Positions 8,646 to 18,422 are shown, counted from the stretch's first letter. The stretch: DNA of 64,000 nucleotides from Gemmatales bacterium (GCA_025055835.1 JANWWR010000132.1:52834-116833); one strand, 5' to 3'. Numbers and translations: made by a program. Notes: generated by a model from the sequence alone, not told the origin.

Positions 8646-9824
8646 ATGGTCCCAAGCGGCGACATCGTCATCATCGGCGGCGGCGTCATGGGGGCGAGCA
8701 TCGCCTGCCACCTGGCACGGCGCCGCGTCGGCCGAGTCATCCTTCTGGAGAAGTCGCACCTGGCGGCGGGGGCCAGCGGCAAGTCGGGAGCCATCATCCG
8801 CCAGCATTATTCCAACGTGCTGACAGCCACGCTGGCCCAGCGCAGCCTCCGCGTCTTCGAGCAGTTCGATGAAATTTACGGCGGACCCCCGGTCTTCACC
8901 CGCACCGGCCTGGCAATCATCGTCGCTGAGAAGGACCGTGCCGGGCTGGAAGCCAACCTCGCGATGCTTCAGGGCCTTGGCATCCCGACGCGGATGGTTT
9001 CCGTTCAGGAATTGGCCGAACTCGATCCCAACGTGCGTCTGAGCGAGGACGAAGTCGCTGCTTGGGAGGAGGACGCTGGCTACGTCGAAGCGGTGCAGGT
9101 GGTGGCGTCGTTTGCCGAGGCGGCCCGACGGGACGGGGCCGAGATTTGCGAAGGGGTCGAGGTTAAAAGCATTCAGGTCGAGGCCGGTCGCGTGGTCGGT
9201 GTCGTGACCAACGAGGGCCGTTACGCTGCCGGGTGCGTTGTTATCGCAGCCGGGCCGTGGGCAGCACGGGTTGCCCGGACGGTCGGCCTCGAACTGCCCG
9301 TCACCGCGTGCCGAACCCAGGTCGCCCTGTTCCGCAAGCCGCCGGAACTGGCGCGTCGGGGAGCGACCTATGGCGACTTCGTACAGGGAATTTACTTCAA
9401 GCCCACGCACGGCGACATGATCCACATGGGCAGCATCGCTGGTGAAGAGATTCACCATCCGGTGGACCCGGACGCCTACGACGAGTCAGCCGACGGCGAC
9501 TGGCTTCCGCTCATGCGGCAGCGACTGAGCCGACGCTACCCCGGCATGCACCGCGGCTACGGCCGAGGAGGTTACGGGGCCTTGTATGCCATCACTCCCG
9601 ACTGGCATCCGATTCTCGACCGCCTGCCCGGAGTGGAGGGGCTGTACGCCGCGGTCGGCTTCAGCGGCCACGGGTTCAAGATGTCGCCGATGATCGGGCA
9701 ATTGATGACGGAACTGATCGTGGACGGGAAAGCGTCCTCGTTGGACATCGCTCCGCTGCGTTTCAGTCGCTTTGCGGAAAACGATCTCGTAAGAACGGCG
9801 TACAGCTATGGCGTCATGGGCTAA
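8646..9824 (+). CDS. FAD-dependent oxidoreductase (DAO / sarcosine oxidase beta-like family)
   Basis: N-terminal Rossmann FAD motif DIVIIGGGVMGASIACHLA. The overall DAO-like layout ends in GFSGHGFKMSPMIG. ATG 8646 follows a GAGGTG RBS. Confidence 0.85.
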   Translation: MVPSGDIVIIGGGVMGASIACHLARRRVGRVILLEKSHLAAGASGKSGAIIRQHYSNVLTATLAQRSLRVFEQFDEIYGGPPVFTRTGLAIIVAEKDRAGLEANLAMLQGLGIPTRMVSVQELAELDPNVRLSEDEVAAWEEDAGYVEAVQVVASFAEAARRDGAEICEGVEVKSIQVEAGRVVGVVTNEGRYAAGCVVIAAGPWAARVARTVGLELPVTACRTQVALFRKPPELARRGATYGDFVQGIYFKPTHGDMIHMGSIAGEEIHHPVDPDAYDESADGDWLPLMRQRLSRRYPGMHRGYGRGGYGALYAITPDWHPILDRLPGVEGLYAAVGFSGHGFKMSPMIGQLMTELIVDGKASSLDIAPLRFSRFAENDLVRTAYSYGVMG

Positions 9825-9839
9825 GCACAACCTGGCGAG

Positions 9840-9859
9840 CGGGCAGCGTTAGCTGCCCG
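9840..9859. terminator. bidirectional hairpin between convergent genes
   Basis: CGGGCAGC-gtta-GCTGCCCG: 8-bp perfect stem. It sits between stop 9822-9824 (+) and stop 9867-9869 (-). Confidence 0.45.
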
Positions 9860-9866
9860 GTCCCCC

Positions 9867-10565
9867 TCACCGCGCCATTTCTTCCTCGCGGAAGCGGTAG
9901 CCCACGCCGCGAACGGTCTCAATCAGCTCTCCGGCATGTTTCAGCTTGCGCCGCAGCGATTTGATATGCACGTCAATGGTCCGTTCCAGAACGATCGCTC
10001 CGTCGCCGATGGCGCTTTCCATCAAGTCCTGGCGGGAAAAGGCCCGTCCCGGCTGCCGCATGAGCGTTTCCAGAAGCCGGAACTCGGTCGGCGTCAGGGG
10101 CAAGGGCTGGTTGTCGAGCAGGACGCGGTGGCTGCGCTTGTCGATCCGCAGGCTGCCCGACTCGATGATCTCGGAGGCCGGTTCCACGGCCGAGGCGCGA
10201 CGCAGCAGCACCTTGATCCGCTGAAGCAGCACCTTGACCGAGAAAGGCTTGGTCACGTAGTCGTCCGCGCCGACGGCGAAGCCGACGACCTGATCGGTTT
10301 CCTCCGTCTTGGCGGTCAGCATCAGCACCGGGATATGAGCCGTCGTCGGCGAGGCCCGCAGTTCCTTGCAGATTTCCAGTCCACCCAGGCTGGGCAGCAT
10401 GATGTCGAGAATGACGAGGTCGGGCAGGAGCATCTGGGCCTTGCGCAGCCCCTCCTTGCCGTCGTGAGCCACGATGACCTCGTAGCCTTCGCGGTTGAGG
10501 TTGTAAGCGAGCACGTCGGTCAAGGACGGCTCATCTTCGACGATCAGAATCTTCTCGCGTGCCAT
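9867..10565 (-). CDS. phoB: OmpR/PhoB-family response regulator
   Basis: Receiver motifs ILIVEDE, DLVILDIMLP and LTAK. Winged-helix C-terminus VRGVGYRF. Lies immediately downstream of phoU-pstB. True start is ATG 10565 (MAREKILIV). Confidence 0.88.
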   Translation of the reverse strand: MAREKILIVEDEPSLTDVLAYNLNREGYEVIVAHDGKEGLRKAQMLLPDLVILDIMLPSLGGLEICKELRASPTTAHIPVLMLTAKTEETDQVVGFAVGADDYVTKPFSVKVLLQRIKVLLRRASAVEPASEIIESGSLRIDKRSHRVLLDNQPLPLTPTEFRLLETLMRQPGRAFSRQDLMESAIGDGAIVLERTIDVHIKSLRRKLKHAGELIETVRGVGYRFREEEMAR

Positions 10566-10692
10566 AGTTGTTACTTCACGGTGCCCTGAAGAAACCCGAC
10601 ACGTTCCCCGAACCGCTCCCGAATTCGCCTTCGATCGCAGGGGTTCTGGCGAAAGCCGGTCCCACAACATCGAGGGCGAACGTCTTTGAGCG

Positions 10693-11373
10693 TTACTTCA
10701 CGTTCCCTGCTTCCAAAGCCTCGGGATGGTGTCGAATGATTTCCCCACTGATCAGATACACGACGTCCTCCGCGATGTTCGTGGCGTGATCGGCAATGCG
10801 TTCCAACTGCCGGGAAACCGAGAAAAGGTTCAGTCCCGGCTCCACGTTCTCCGCGGATTTCTTCATGTACTTGATGACCTGGGCGATGATCTCGCGATTG
10901 TGCCGATCCACTTCGTCGTCGAGGCGACAGACGCGTTTGGCCAGTTCCAGGTCGAGTTTGACAAAAGCGTCGAGACTGTCGCCGACCATGCTGTTGGTCA
11001 AATCGGCCATGACCTGGAAGCCGCTGGGAATGGGCACGGGCGGCCCCTGATTGAGTTCGCTGACCCGCTCGGCAATGTTGCTGGCGAGGTCGGCCATGCG
11101 TTCCAGGTCGGTGTTGATCTTCAGGATGGCGGCGACGCGGCGAAGATCTCCGGCCACGGGCTGATGCAGAGCGAGAATCTTGAGGCACTCCTCTTCGATC
11201 AGCGTCTCTTCGAGGTCGATGGCAGCCTCACCTTCCATGAGCGATCGGGCCAGTTCCGCATCGCGCTCGAACAGGGCACGGATGGCCCGGCCGACGGCTT
11301 GTTCCACCGAGGAGGCCAGGGCCAGTATCCGCCGTTGCAAATGTTCGAGATCCCTCTGCAAATGGATGTTCAT
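10693..11373 (-). CDS. phoU: phosphate signalling complex protein PhoU
   Basis: 226 aa, two-repeat helical PhoU layout with E/DxxxD-type motifs (DDEVDRHN, ERIADHATNIAEDV). Sits in pstB-phoU context. Confidence 0.9.
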   Translation of the reverse strand: MNIHLQRDLEHLQRRILALASSVEQAVGRAIRALFERDAELARSLMEGEAAIDLEETLIEEECLKILALHQPVAGDLRRVAAILKINTDLERMADLASNIAERVSELNQGPPVPIPSGFQVMADLTNSMVGDSLDAFVKLDLELAKRVCRLDDEVDRHNREIIAQVIKYMKKSAENVEPGLNLFSVSRQLERIADHATNIAEDVVYLISGEIIRHHPEALEAGNVK

Positions 11374-11380
11374 GCCCTGC

Positions 11381-12208
11381 TCATCCGAATCGGCCGGTGA
11401 TGTAGTCTTCCGTGTGCTTCTTTTCCGGCCGGGTGAACAGCTTATCGGTCGGCCCGACCTCGATCAGCTGCCCTTGGTAGAAGAACGCGGTCACATCCGA
11501 GACGCGGGCCGCCTGCTGCATGTTGTGCGTGACTATGACGATGGTATAGGACGCCTTGAGCTCGAAAATCAAGTCCTCGATGGCCTGGGTGGACTTGGGG
11601 TCGAGGGCCGAGGCCGGTTCATCCATGAGCAGCACTTCGGGATCAGTGGCCAAGGCCCGAGCGATGCACAAACGCTGCTGCTGGCCGCCGGACAGCCGCA
11701 TGGCCGAGTCCCACAGCCGATCCTTGACCTCATCCCACAACGCCGCCCGCTTGAGGCAGCGCTGAACGATCTCCTCCAGATCGGCCCGGCGGTTGACGCC
11801 GGCGACGCGAGGGCCATAGGCGACATTTTCGAAGATGCTCTTGGGAAACGGGTTCGACTTCTGGAACACCATGCCGACCCGCTTGCGGAGCGTGACTACG
11901 TCCATGCTCGGGTCGTAGATTTCCTGGCCGTCCAGCAGCACCGAGCCGGTGTGGCGAACGCCGTCAATCATGTCATTCATCCGGTTGAGCGTTCGCAGGA
12001 AGGTGGACTTGCCGCACCCGGACGGACCGATCAGGGCGGTGACGCAGCGTTCGGGGATCGCCATGGTGATGTTGAACAGGGCCTGCGTCTTGCCGTACCA
12101 CAGGCACAGATCCCGGGTTTCCATCTTGGCGGCTCGACCGTCGAGCATCGGCAGCGGACGGCCCGAGGCCTGCCTTTCCACCATGATGTTCGCGAAGCCA
12201 ACCGACAC
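11381..12208 (-). CDS. pstB: phosphate ABC transporter ATP-binding protein PstB
   Basis: Walker [10 protein letters not shown], signature [14 protein letters not shown], Walker B LLMDEP, and the PstB-typical C-terminus YITGRFG. The start is uncertain (GTG 12208 after GAGGTG, or an internal ATG). Confidence 0.92.
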   Translation of the reverse strand: MSVGFANIMVERQASGRPLPMLDGRAAKMETRDLCLWYGKTQALFNITMAIPERCVTALIGPSGCGKSTFLRTLNRMNDMIDGVRHTGSVLLDGQEIYDPSMDVVTLRKRVGMVFQKSNPFPKSIFENVAYGPRVAGVNRRADLEEIVQRCLKRAALWDEVKDRLWDSAMRLSGGQQQRLCIARALATDPEVLLMDEPASALDPKSTQAIEDLIFELKASYTIVIVTHNMQQAARVSDVTAFFYQGQLIEVGPTDKLFTRPEKKHTEDYITGRFG

Positions 12209-12244
12209 GCCGCACCTCGTTCGATTGGTACCCCCCCTGACAAG

Positions 12245-12300
12245 ACGTAGATTATGCTAAAACCCCGATGTGTAGATTCCGTGAAGGTTGTGTGCAGATC
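12245..12300 (-). promoter_or_regulatory. candidate pstB promoter with direct repeats (possible response-regulator boxes)
   Basis: Read on the minus strand: ATCTGCACA (12291-12299) and ATCTACACA (12269-12277), 22 bp apart. The proximal repeat overlaps the -35 position. A CATAAT -10 sits at 12256-12251. A third ATCTACGT copy lies at 12252-12245. Confidence 0.35.
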
Positions 12301-12588
12301 GAATAGCATTTGCTGAGCCGTGTCTTGTGACGCACCCAGCTCGAAAGTCCCGGAGCCGTCAGCTCTTCAGCCGCCCTGATCCTGGTCCGAGTGTCGGAAA
12401 CAGAACGACGCGCGAAACCTTCAGCTGGCAGCTGAGGGTGCTGTCAATTGCCCTCTGGGAAGTCGCTTTCCAGCGGTTTTAAATGGCGCGGGTTGCCTGG
12501 ACCTGCGAAACGTCGTTGCTTGGACGGGGTTGAACGTCCACAATGGCAGAATCAAGAATCGCCCGCGATTCACGAGAGGTGCTCCGTC

Positions 12589-13836
12589 ATGCGTCGAGGA
12601 TTTGCAGTCCTTGTGCTTGCTGCTGTCGCTGTCAGCCTTGCTCTGGCAGCTCCTTGGCCTCGGTTTCGCGGACCCAATGGCAGCGGCATCTGCGAGGACA
12701 AAGACATCCCGATCCGCTTCGGCCCGAACGAGAATCTGCTCTGGAAGACGGCCCTGCCCGGATCGGGGAATGGTTCGCCGGTGGTATGGGAGGATCGGGT
12801 CTTCGTGCAGACGGCGGCAGCGGACGGCAGCGACCGACGGCTCATCTGCCTGAGCACGCAAACGGGCAAAGTGCTGTGGGAGCAGCGGGCCAAGGGCGGA
12901 CCGGCCCACACGCACCGCAAGAATACCCTCGCTTCCGGCACGCCGGCGGTGGATGGCAAGCGGGTCTGCGTCGTCTTCTGGGACGGCACGGGGCTGACCG
13001 TGCATGCCTACGACCTCGACGGCCGGGACTTGTGGAAGCATCCGCTGGGCACGTTCGTCAGCCAGCACGGAGCCGGCCACTCGCCGATCCTGCACGACGA
13101 CCGGGTGATCGTGGTCAACGACCAGGACGGTGCTGCCAGCGTCATCGTCCTGGACGCCCGCAACGGCGAGGTGCTTTGGCAGGCGGATCGGCCGGCGTTT
13201 CGGGCCTGCTACTCAACCCCGGTGGTCCTGGAAAAGCCCGGCGAGGATCCCGAACTGATCGTGGCCAGCACGGCCGGGTTGACGGGCTACAACCTCAAGA
13301 CCGGCTCGGAGAACTGGCGGTGGACGTGGACTTTCGCCCGCTCTCCGTTGCGGACGGTCGGCTCGCCGGTGCTGGGTCAGGGCATGGTCTTCGCCACCAG
13401 CGGGGACGGCGGCGGGGACCGCCATGCCGTGGCCTTGCGGTTGGGGGGCAAGGGCGACGTCACGTCCTCCGCGTTGGCCTGGGAGAGCCGCAAATTGTTC
13501 GCCTATGTGCCGACGGTGCTGGTCGTCGGCGAGCATCTCTACTTCGTCAACGACAACGGCATCGCGGCCTGTTTCGTGGCGGCGACCGGCGAGAATCGCT
13601 GGACGCAGCGGATCGGGGGCAATGTCTCGGCCTCTCCGATTCTCGTCCAAGGGCACATCTACGCCGCCACGGAGGAAGGCGACGTGGTGATCTTCGCCGC
13701 CGATCCGAATGGCTACCGGGAGATCGCTCGGAATGCTCTCGGTGAAGGCATCATCGCCACGCCGGCCGCCGCGGACAACCGGCTTTACATTCGGGGCCAG
13801 CGGCATCTTTACTGTTTCGGCAAACCGAGTCCGTGA
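12589..13836 (+). CDS. PQQ-like beta-propeller repeat protein (BamB-like fold), secreted
   Basis: Signal peptide MRRGFAVLVLAAVAVSLALAAPW. Repeated motifs of the type LLWKTALPG..SPVVWEDRVFV and VLWQADRP are typical of PQQ-like propellers. ATG 12589 follows GAGAGG. Confidence 0.8.
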   Translation: MRRGFAVLVLAAVAVSLALAAPWPRFRGPNGSGICEDKDIPIRFGPNENLLWKTALPGSGNGSPVVWEDRVFVQTAAADGSDRRLICLSTQTGKVLWEQRAKGGPAHTHRKNTLASGTPAVDGKRVCVVFWDGTGLTVHAYDLDGRDLWKHPLGTFVSQHGAGHSPILHDDRVIVVNDQDGAASVIVLDARNGEVLWQADRPAFRACYSTPVVLEKPGEDPELIVASTAGLTGYNLKTGSENWRWTWTFARSPLRTVGSPVLGQGMVFATSGDGGGDRHAVALRLGGKGDVTSSALAWESRKLFAYVPTVLVVGEHLYFVNDNGIAACFVAATGENRWTQRIGGNVSASPILVQGHIYAATEEGDVVIFAADPNGYREIARNALGEGIIATPAAADNRLYIRGQRHLYCFGKPSP

Positions 13837-13846
13837 CACCGCGATG

Positions 13847-15772
13847 TCACTGATACTCGTAGCCGATGTGGAAGGCGATGCGGCCGTCGGGCAATCGGCG
13901 AATCTCGGTGATGTACACCGGCAAACCGCCTCCGCGCACCGAGGCGCTGGAGGGCGTCGTCAATGGCGTGAAGCTCGTGTTGGCCGGGCTGGGATAGGGC
14001 ACATGCTCCAATTGCACCCGCGGCCCGGCCGGTCCCTCGATGCCGTGGCTCTCCTCAAGAATCGGCCGGTTGTTCACGACCCGCCAGATGAGCAGACCGG
14101 CACCCGGCAGATCGCTGTCGAAGCCCTTTTTCTGCCGATTCTCCAACAGGAAATACTCGCTGCCGTCAGCCCGGGCCAGCACTTTGAAACATTCCTTGGG
14201 GGAATCCTCGATGGGAGCGAGGATGAGCTTTTGCCGCACCGTGGGATCGAGCACGGTCGGCTGAATCCACCCCAGTTGTTCCTTGGCCCAGGCGGACAGA
14301 TGCTGGGGCCGACCCGTGGTGTTGACGTTGGACAACAGGCACCACGGCCCCAGTCCTTCGGAACCGGGATTCTCCGTGCGGGCGGCCAGGTTCGGCAAGC
14401 CGAGCAGCAGGGCGAATTCCTTGACGCAACCGTTCAGCGTCAGCATCCGCTCGCCGCCTTCGTAGGTGAGCAGGTAGTTCCATCGCCGGTTGCTGCCGCG
14501 ATGGAGCAAACTGCCGACGTGCGGGTAGTACACCGCTCCCGGATTCGTGCGGACGCGGTCTCCGGCGTAGATGAAAAACAGGGCCTCGAAATCGTTGACG
14601 GCATCCCGGCCCTCGCGATCCAGGAGCTTGTCCAGGGCCTCGCTGGGCAAGGCGGAGCGGTTGCTGGTGCCCGAGCCTTGCGAATAGTCACCCCGCTTCC
14701 TGGACACCTGGACCCAGGGGAAGACTTTACCTTCGACGCGGAAGGCCCCGTAGGACTGCTCGTGGAAGAAATCATTGAGACTGCCGAAAACGGGCTGTCC
14801 GGTGGCATTGTCCTTGTCCCGATACTCGCCTTTGCTGAACAGGAGTTTTTCCCACTCTGCCAGGGGAATCTTGTCGTTGTGCTTGATGTCGTCGAACTCG
14901 ACGAGGATGACGGCGAGGCGCATCACGTCCTTGCGCCAAAGCGGAATCATCGGCGCGCCGGCCTCGGGCCGACCCGCTCCGAATCCGAAACCGGGCCGTC
15001 CTCCGCCTGCCGTGCCGCGATCCGCTGCCAGCGTCACCTTGATTTCTTCCTCCTTATCGCCGCGGCGTAGAGTAAGCGTGAGCACGTCCCCGGGACGACG
15101 GGAGGCGACGACGTCGCTGAGTTCCGAGGCGCGGGTCAGGTTCTCGCCGTTGATCTTGAGCACGACGTCGCCGGGCCGAATACCGGCGTTGGCGGCGGGC
15201 GAATCCGGCACGACGCGGGCCACGGCGGCACCTTCGCCTTCCCCGCGGGATTCTTCCAGTTGCAAGCCGATGAAGGTGCGCTCGCTGCTGAGCCGCATCG
15301 GTCGGCTCAGTGCCGTCAGGCGGGCCTTAAGTTCCCGGGTTTCATCCCCCCGGCGAATTCGCAGGGCAATCTCTTCGCCCGGTGCGTGGGAGAGCAGCGT
15401 TTCCCGCAGCGATTCCGACGAGGTGATCGCTTTGCCAGCGACTTCGAGAAGCCAATCGCCCACCTTGAGTCCGGCTTTCGCCGCGGGGGAATCGGGCTGA
15501 ATGGCGGCGACACGCGGCTTACCCTCAGCATCTCGTTCGACGTGGACACCGAGGTAGCCGACCAGTCCAGCCGTCCCAGGCCCTGCCAGGCTCTGCCGCG
15601 TGGCAATGGCATTCTCCACGGTGCGATAGCCGGACAGCTCTCCGCTTGCGGGGGTCTTGGCTGCTTCCTGGGGCTGCCCCACGACAGGCAGCGTGGCGAG
15701 GAAGAGTCCAGCCAGCAGGCAGCCGATATTGAGGCTGAAGAAGGGCCGAAGCGATACGAGTCTGCGAATCAC
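13847..15772 (-). CDS. M6-like metalloprotease paralog with two PDZ domains and a degenerate active site (HExxH replaced by KEFAL)
   Basis: Colinear with the downstream paralog, including shared blocks ENPGSEGLGPWC, LLIWRVVNNRPILEESHGIEGPAGPRV and GGGLPVYIT. At 14408-14422 the codons read AAG GAA TTC GCC CTG (KEFAL), where the paralog has HEFGH. Confidence 0.8.
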   Translation of the reverse strand: MIRRLVSLRPFFSLNIGCLLAGLFLATLPVVGQPQEAAKTPASGELSGYRTVENAIATRQSLAGPGTAGLVGYLGVHVERDAEGKPRVAAIQPDSPAAKAGLKVGDWLLEVAGKAITSSESLRETLLSHAPGEEIALRIRRGDETRELKARLTALSRPMRLSSERTFIGLQLEESRGEGEGAAVARVVPDSPAANAGIRPGDVVLKINGENLTRASELSDVVASRRPGDVLTLTLRRGDKEEEIKVTLAADRGTAGGGRPGFGFGAGRPEAGAPMIPLWRKDVMRLAVILVEFDDIKHNDKIPLAEWEKLLFSKGEYRDKDNATGQPVFGSLNDFFHEQSYGAFRVEGKVFPWVQVSRKRGDYSQGSGTSNRSALPSEALDKLLDREGRDAVNDFEALFFIYAGDRVRTNPGAVYYPHVGSLLHRGSNRRWNYLLTYEGGERMLTLNGCVKEFALLLGLPNLAARTENPGSEGLGPWCLLSNVNTTGRPQHLSAWAKEQLGWIQPTVLDPTVRQKLILAPIEDSPKECFKVLARADGSEYFLLENRQKKGFDSDLPGAGLLIWRVVNNRPILEESHGIEGPAGPRVQLEHVPYPSPANTSFTPLTTPSSASVRGGGLPVYITEIRRLPDGRIAFHIGYEYQ

Positions 15773-15827
15773 GGCGAATTCTCCTCACGAGTCATGGCCG
15801 GGCAACGGCCACCGGCTGTCCTCGGGG

Positions 15828-17741
15828 TCAGTGATATTCATAGCCGATGTGGAAGGTGATTCGGCCGTCGGAAAGTTTGCGGATGTTCGTAATGTACACG
15901 GGCAGACCGCCGCCAAGTTGCGAGCGGCTCGACGGCGTGGTGTAGGGCGTAAAGGCGTCGTTGGACGGGCTGGGGAACGGCACGGCGTTCTGGAACACCC
16001 GTGGCCCGGCAGGTCCCTCGATGCCGTGCGACTCCTCCAGGATCGGCCGATTGCCCACCACCCGCCAGATCAACAGCCCCTCCGCCGGCAGACTGGCGTC
16101 GAAGCCTTTGCGACGCCGGTTTTCGAGCAGGAAATACTCGCTGCCATCCCTGCGCACCAACACCTTGAAGCACTCTTCCGGGGAATCATTGATCGGGGCG
16201 AGGATCAGCTTTTGTTTGACCGTCGGATCAATGACGGCGGGCTTGATCCACTCGAGCTTTTCCTTGGCCCAGGCACAGAAATGCTGGGGCCGTCCGTTGC
16301 CCGCTTGATTCGACATGGCGCACCAGACGCTCAGTCCCTCGCTGCCCGGGTTCTCCGGCCGGGCATAGAGATCGGGCAGACCTAGCAAATGGCCGAACTC
16401 ATGGGCGAACACGCTGATGTTCGCCATCCGTTCGCCGCCCTCGGGACAGATGAAGTACGGCCAACGCTTGCCCTGATGGGACACGGAGGAACGGTGCGGC
16501 CAGTACAGGCTGCCGCGCGGCACGTTCATCCGACCGCCGGCGTAGATGAAGATCAAACCGTCGGTGTCCTTGAGAGCGTCCTTGCCGTCCCGTTCGTAGA
16601 GCTTGTCCAAGGCCTCCGTCAACAGGGCGAAGCGGTTCCCACCTTCGCCATACTCTGCCCGTTTCTTGCTGACTTCGATCGGCTCAAAGACTTTGCCGAC
16701 GACCTTGAGTTTGCCGTAGGACTGCTCGTGGTAGTAATCCGCCAGGCTGCCAAAGGCGGGCTGTCCCGTGGCGGTCTGTTTGTAGCTGTCCCGGCTGAAA
16801 AAGGCGTCTTCCCACGCCTTGGCCGTGATCTTTTCACTGCATTTGACGTCGGGATACTGGATCAAAATCACCCCCAGACGATAGGTGTCCCGCCTCCAGT
16901 AGCCGGGCTGACGGAAGTCGAAGCCGACTGGTCCTCCGGAACCGAATCCGCGGCGGCCGTCGCTTGGCTCCTCGGCTCCGAGCGTGATGCGATATTCGAC
17001 GGGCTTTTCGGCCAGGAGCAAAGTGAGAACGACGGAGTCGTTCGGTTTCCGTTCGCCGATCAGTTCCCGCAAGCGGGCGGCACTGGTGATCGGGTTGCCG
17101 TCGAACTTCAGCAGTACCTCGCCGGGCTTGAGCTTGGCCCGATCCGCGGCGGAATTGGGCACGACCTCGCGAATGACCACCCCTTCCCCCTGTTCCACGG
17201 GCTCCACCTGCACACCCAGAGATGCCCGCAGCGGCGTGGTCCGCATGGGACGACTGGGGCTGTCGAGCACAGCTTCGATTTCCTGCGGTTTGCCGTCGCG
17301 GAGGATGGTGAGCTTGACGGCGTCGCCGGGCCGCCTGCCCCGCAAAAGTTCACGAGCCTGTTCGGTGCTCATGACCGACTGGCCGTTGAACTGGGTCAGC
17401 ACGTCGCCTGGCCGAAGCCCTGCCCGCTGGGCCGGCGAATCGCTGGCCACCTCGTCAATGACCAGTTTGCCGCCCTCCTCGACCGCCAGGTGGATGCCAA
17501 GAAAGCCGGGCTTTTCGACGGCCTCGGCGGCAGGAGCGGCCCGACTGATCTGCGTCGTGATGCAATCCCGGACGGTGCGATACTCCGACAGGTCCGGTAG
17601 GGCTTCCGAAGAGTCGGCGGGTTTGTTCTCGGGAGCTTGACCCACGGCTTCCCAGGATCCGACCACGGCAAGTAGAAACGCCATTGCCACGGCGACAAAC
17701 GCTGCCGTCCAAATCTCGTGCCCTTCTCGCAGTTTCGTCAT
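15828..17741 (-). CDS. M6-family (immune inhibitor A-like) zinc metalloprotease with two PDZ domains
   Basis: HEFGHLLGLPDLY zinc motif (CAT GAG TTC GGC CAT at 16403-16389). Two PDZ-like segments (PAQRAGLRPGDVL, AADRAKLKPGEVL). The real start is ATG 17741 (MTKLREGHEIW plus a TM segment). The longer track ORF to 18176 overlaps ribH. Confidence 0.85.
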   Translation of the reverse strand: MTKLREGHEIWTAAFVAVAMAFLLAVVGSWEAVGQAPENKPADSSEALPDLSEYRTVRDCITTQISRAAPAAEAVEKPGFLGIHLAVEEGGKLVIDEVASDSPAQRAGLRPGDVLTQFNGQSVMSTEQARELLRGRRPGDAVKLTILRDGKPQEIEAVLDSPSRPMRTTPLRASLGVQVEPVEQGEGVVIREVVPNSAADRAKLKPGEVLLKFDGNPITSAARLRELIGERKPNDSVVLTLLLAEKPVEYRITLGAEEPSDGRRGFGSGGPVGFDFRQPGYWRRDTYRLGVILIQYPDVKCSEKITAKAWEDAFFSRDSYKQTATGQPAFGSLADYYHEQSYGKLKVVGKVFEPIEVSKKRAEYGEGGNRFALLTEALDKLYERDGKDALKDTDGLIFIYAGGRMNVPRGSLYWPHRSSVSHQGKRWPYFICPEGGERMANISVFAHEFGHLLGLPDLYARPENPGSEGLSVWCAMSNQAGNGRPQHFCAWAKEKLEWIKPAVIDPTVKQKLILAPINDSPEECFKVLVRRDGSEYFLLENRRRKGFDASLPAEGLLIWRVVGNRPILEESHGIEGPAGPRVFQNAVPFPSPSNDAFTPYTTPSSRSQLGGGLPVYITNIRKLSDGRITFHIGYEYH

Positions 17742-17909
17742 GGTCACCCTCGCTTTCCGGGGCGGTGGCCCGGCAGAAGGTTGTTTGGCTGTTTCTCTAA
17801 CACCGAAATCGCGGCTCCGTCTCGGCTGAAACCATTTAAGCACCCTGAACGGATCGGCTCCAGTCGCTATCTTTCCTGCGATCCGTCGAGTCCACGAGGA
17901 GATGTCGCC

Positions 17910-18404
17910 ATGCCGCGAGTTTTTGAAGGCCGGTCCGTCAGCAGCGGCGGACGCTTTGCCGTGGTCGCTTCCAAGTTCAACCGCGAGGTCACCGACCGCC
18001 TGGTGGACGGAGCCTTGTCCGCGTTGCGAGAGGGCGGCGTGACCGAGGGTGATGTGGATCTCGTCTGGGTTCCCGGAGCATTCGAGATTCCTCTGACGGC
18101 CCAGCGCCTGGCGGAGAGCGGCGAATATGTGGCGGTGATCTGCGTCGGAGCGGTCATCCGCGGCGAAACAGACCACTACGCCTACATCTGCGAGGCAGCG
18201 ACACTAGGAATCCTCGACGCCGGCATGTCCACCGGCGTTCCCGTGCTGTTCGGCGTGCTGACCTGTCCCACCGAAGAACTGGCCCTGGAGCGTGCCGGCG
18301 GCAAAGAAGGCAACAAGGGCCGGGATGCCGCTCTCGCCGCCCTGGAAATGGTCCAGCTGTTGCGGAAACTCGACGAGACACTGCCCCGTTGTCCGCTTTC
18401 CTGA
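17910..18404 (+). CDS. ribH: 6,7-dimethyl-8-ribityllumazine synthase
   Basis: MPRVFEGRSVSSGGRFAVVASKFNREVTDRLV...VPGAFEIP...AVIRGETDHY..., canonical RibH motifs. Start is ATG 17910. Confidence 0.92.
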   Translation: MPRVFEGRSVSSGGRFAVVASKFNREVTDRLVDGALSALREGGVTEGDVDLVWVPGAFEIPLTAQRLAESGEYVAVICVGAVIRGETDHYAYICEAATLGILDAGMSTGVPVLFGVLTCPTEELALERAGGKEGNKGRDAALAALEMVQLLRKLDETLPRCPLS

Positions 18405-18422
18405 AGGGCATCGTCTCCGGGT

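Noticed and set aside
17742-18176. N-terminal extension of the M6 protease ORF
   Set aside because: The extension overlaps ribH on the opposite strand and lacks a signal sequence. ATG 17741 gives a proper N-terminal TM/signal segment (MTKLREGHEIWTAAFVAVAMAFLL).
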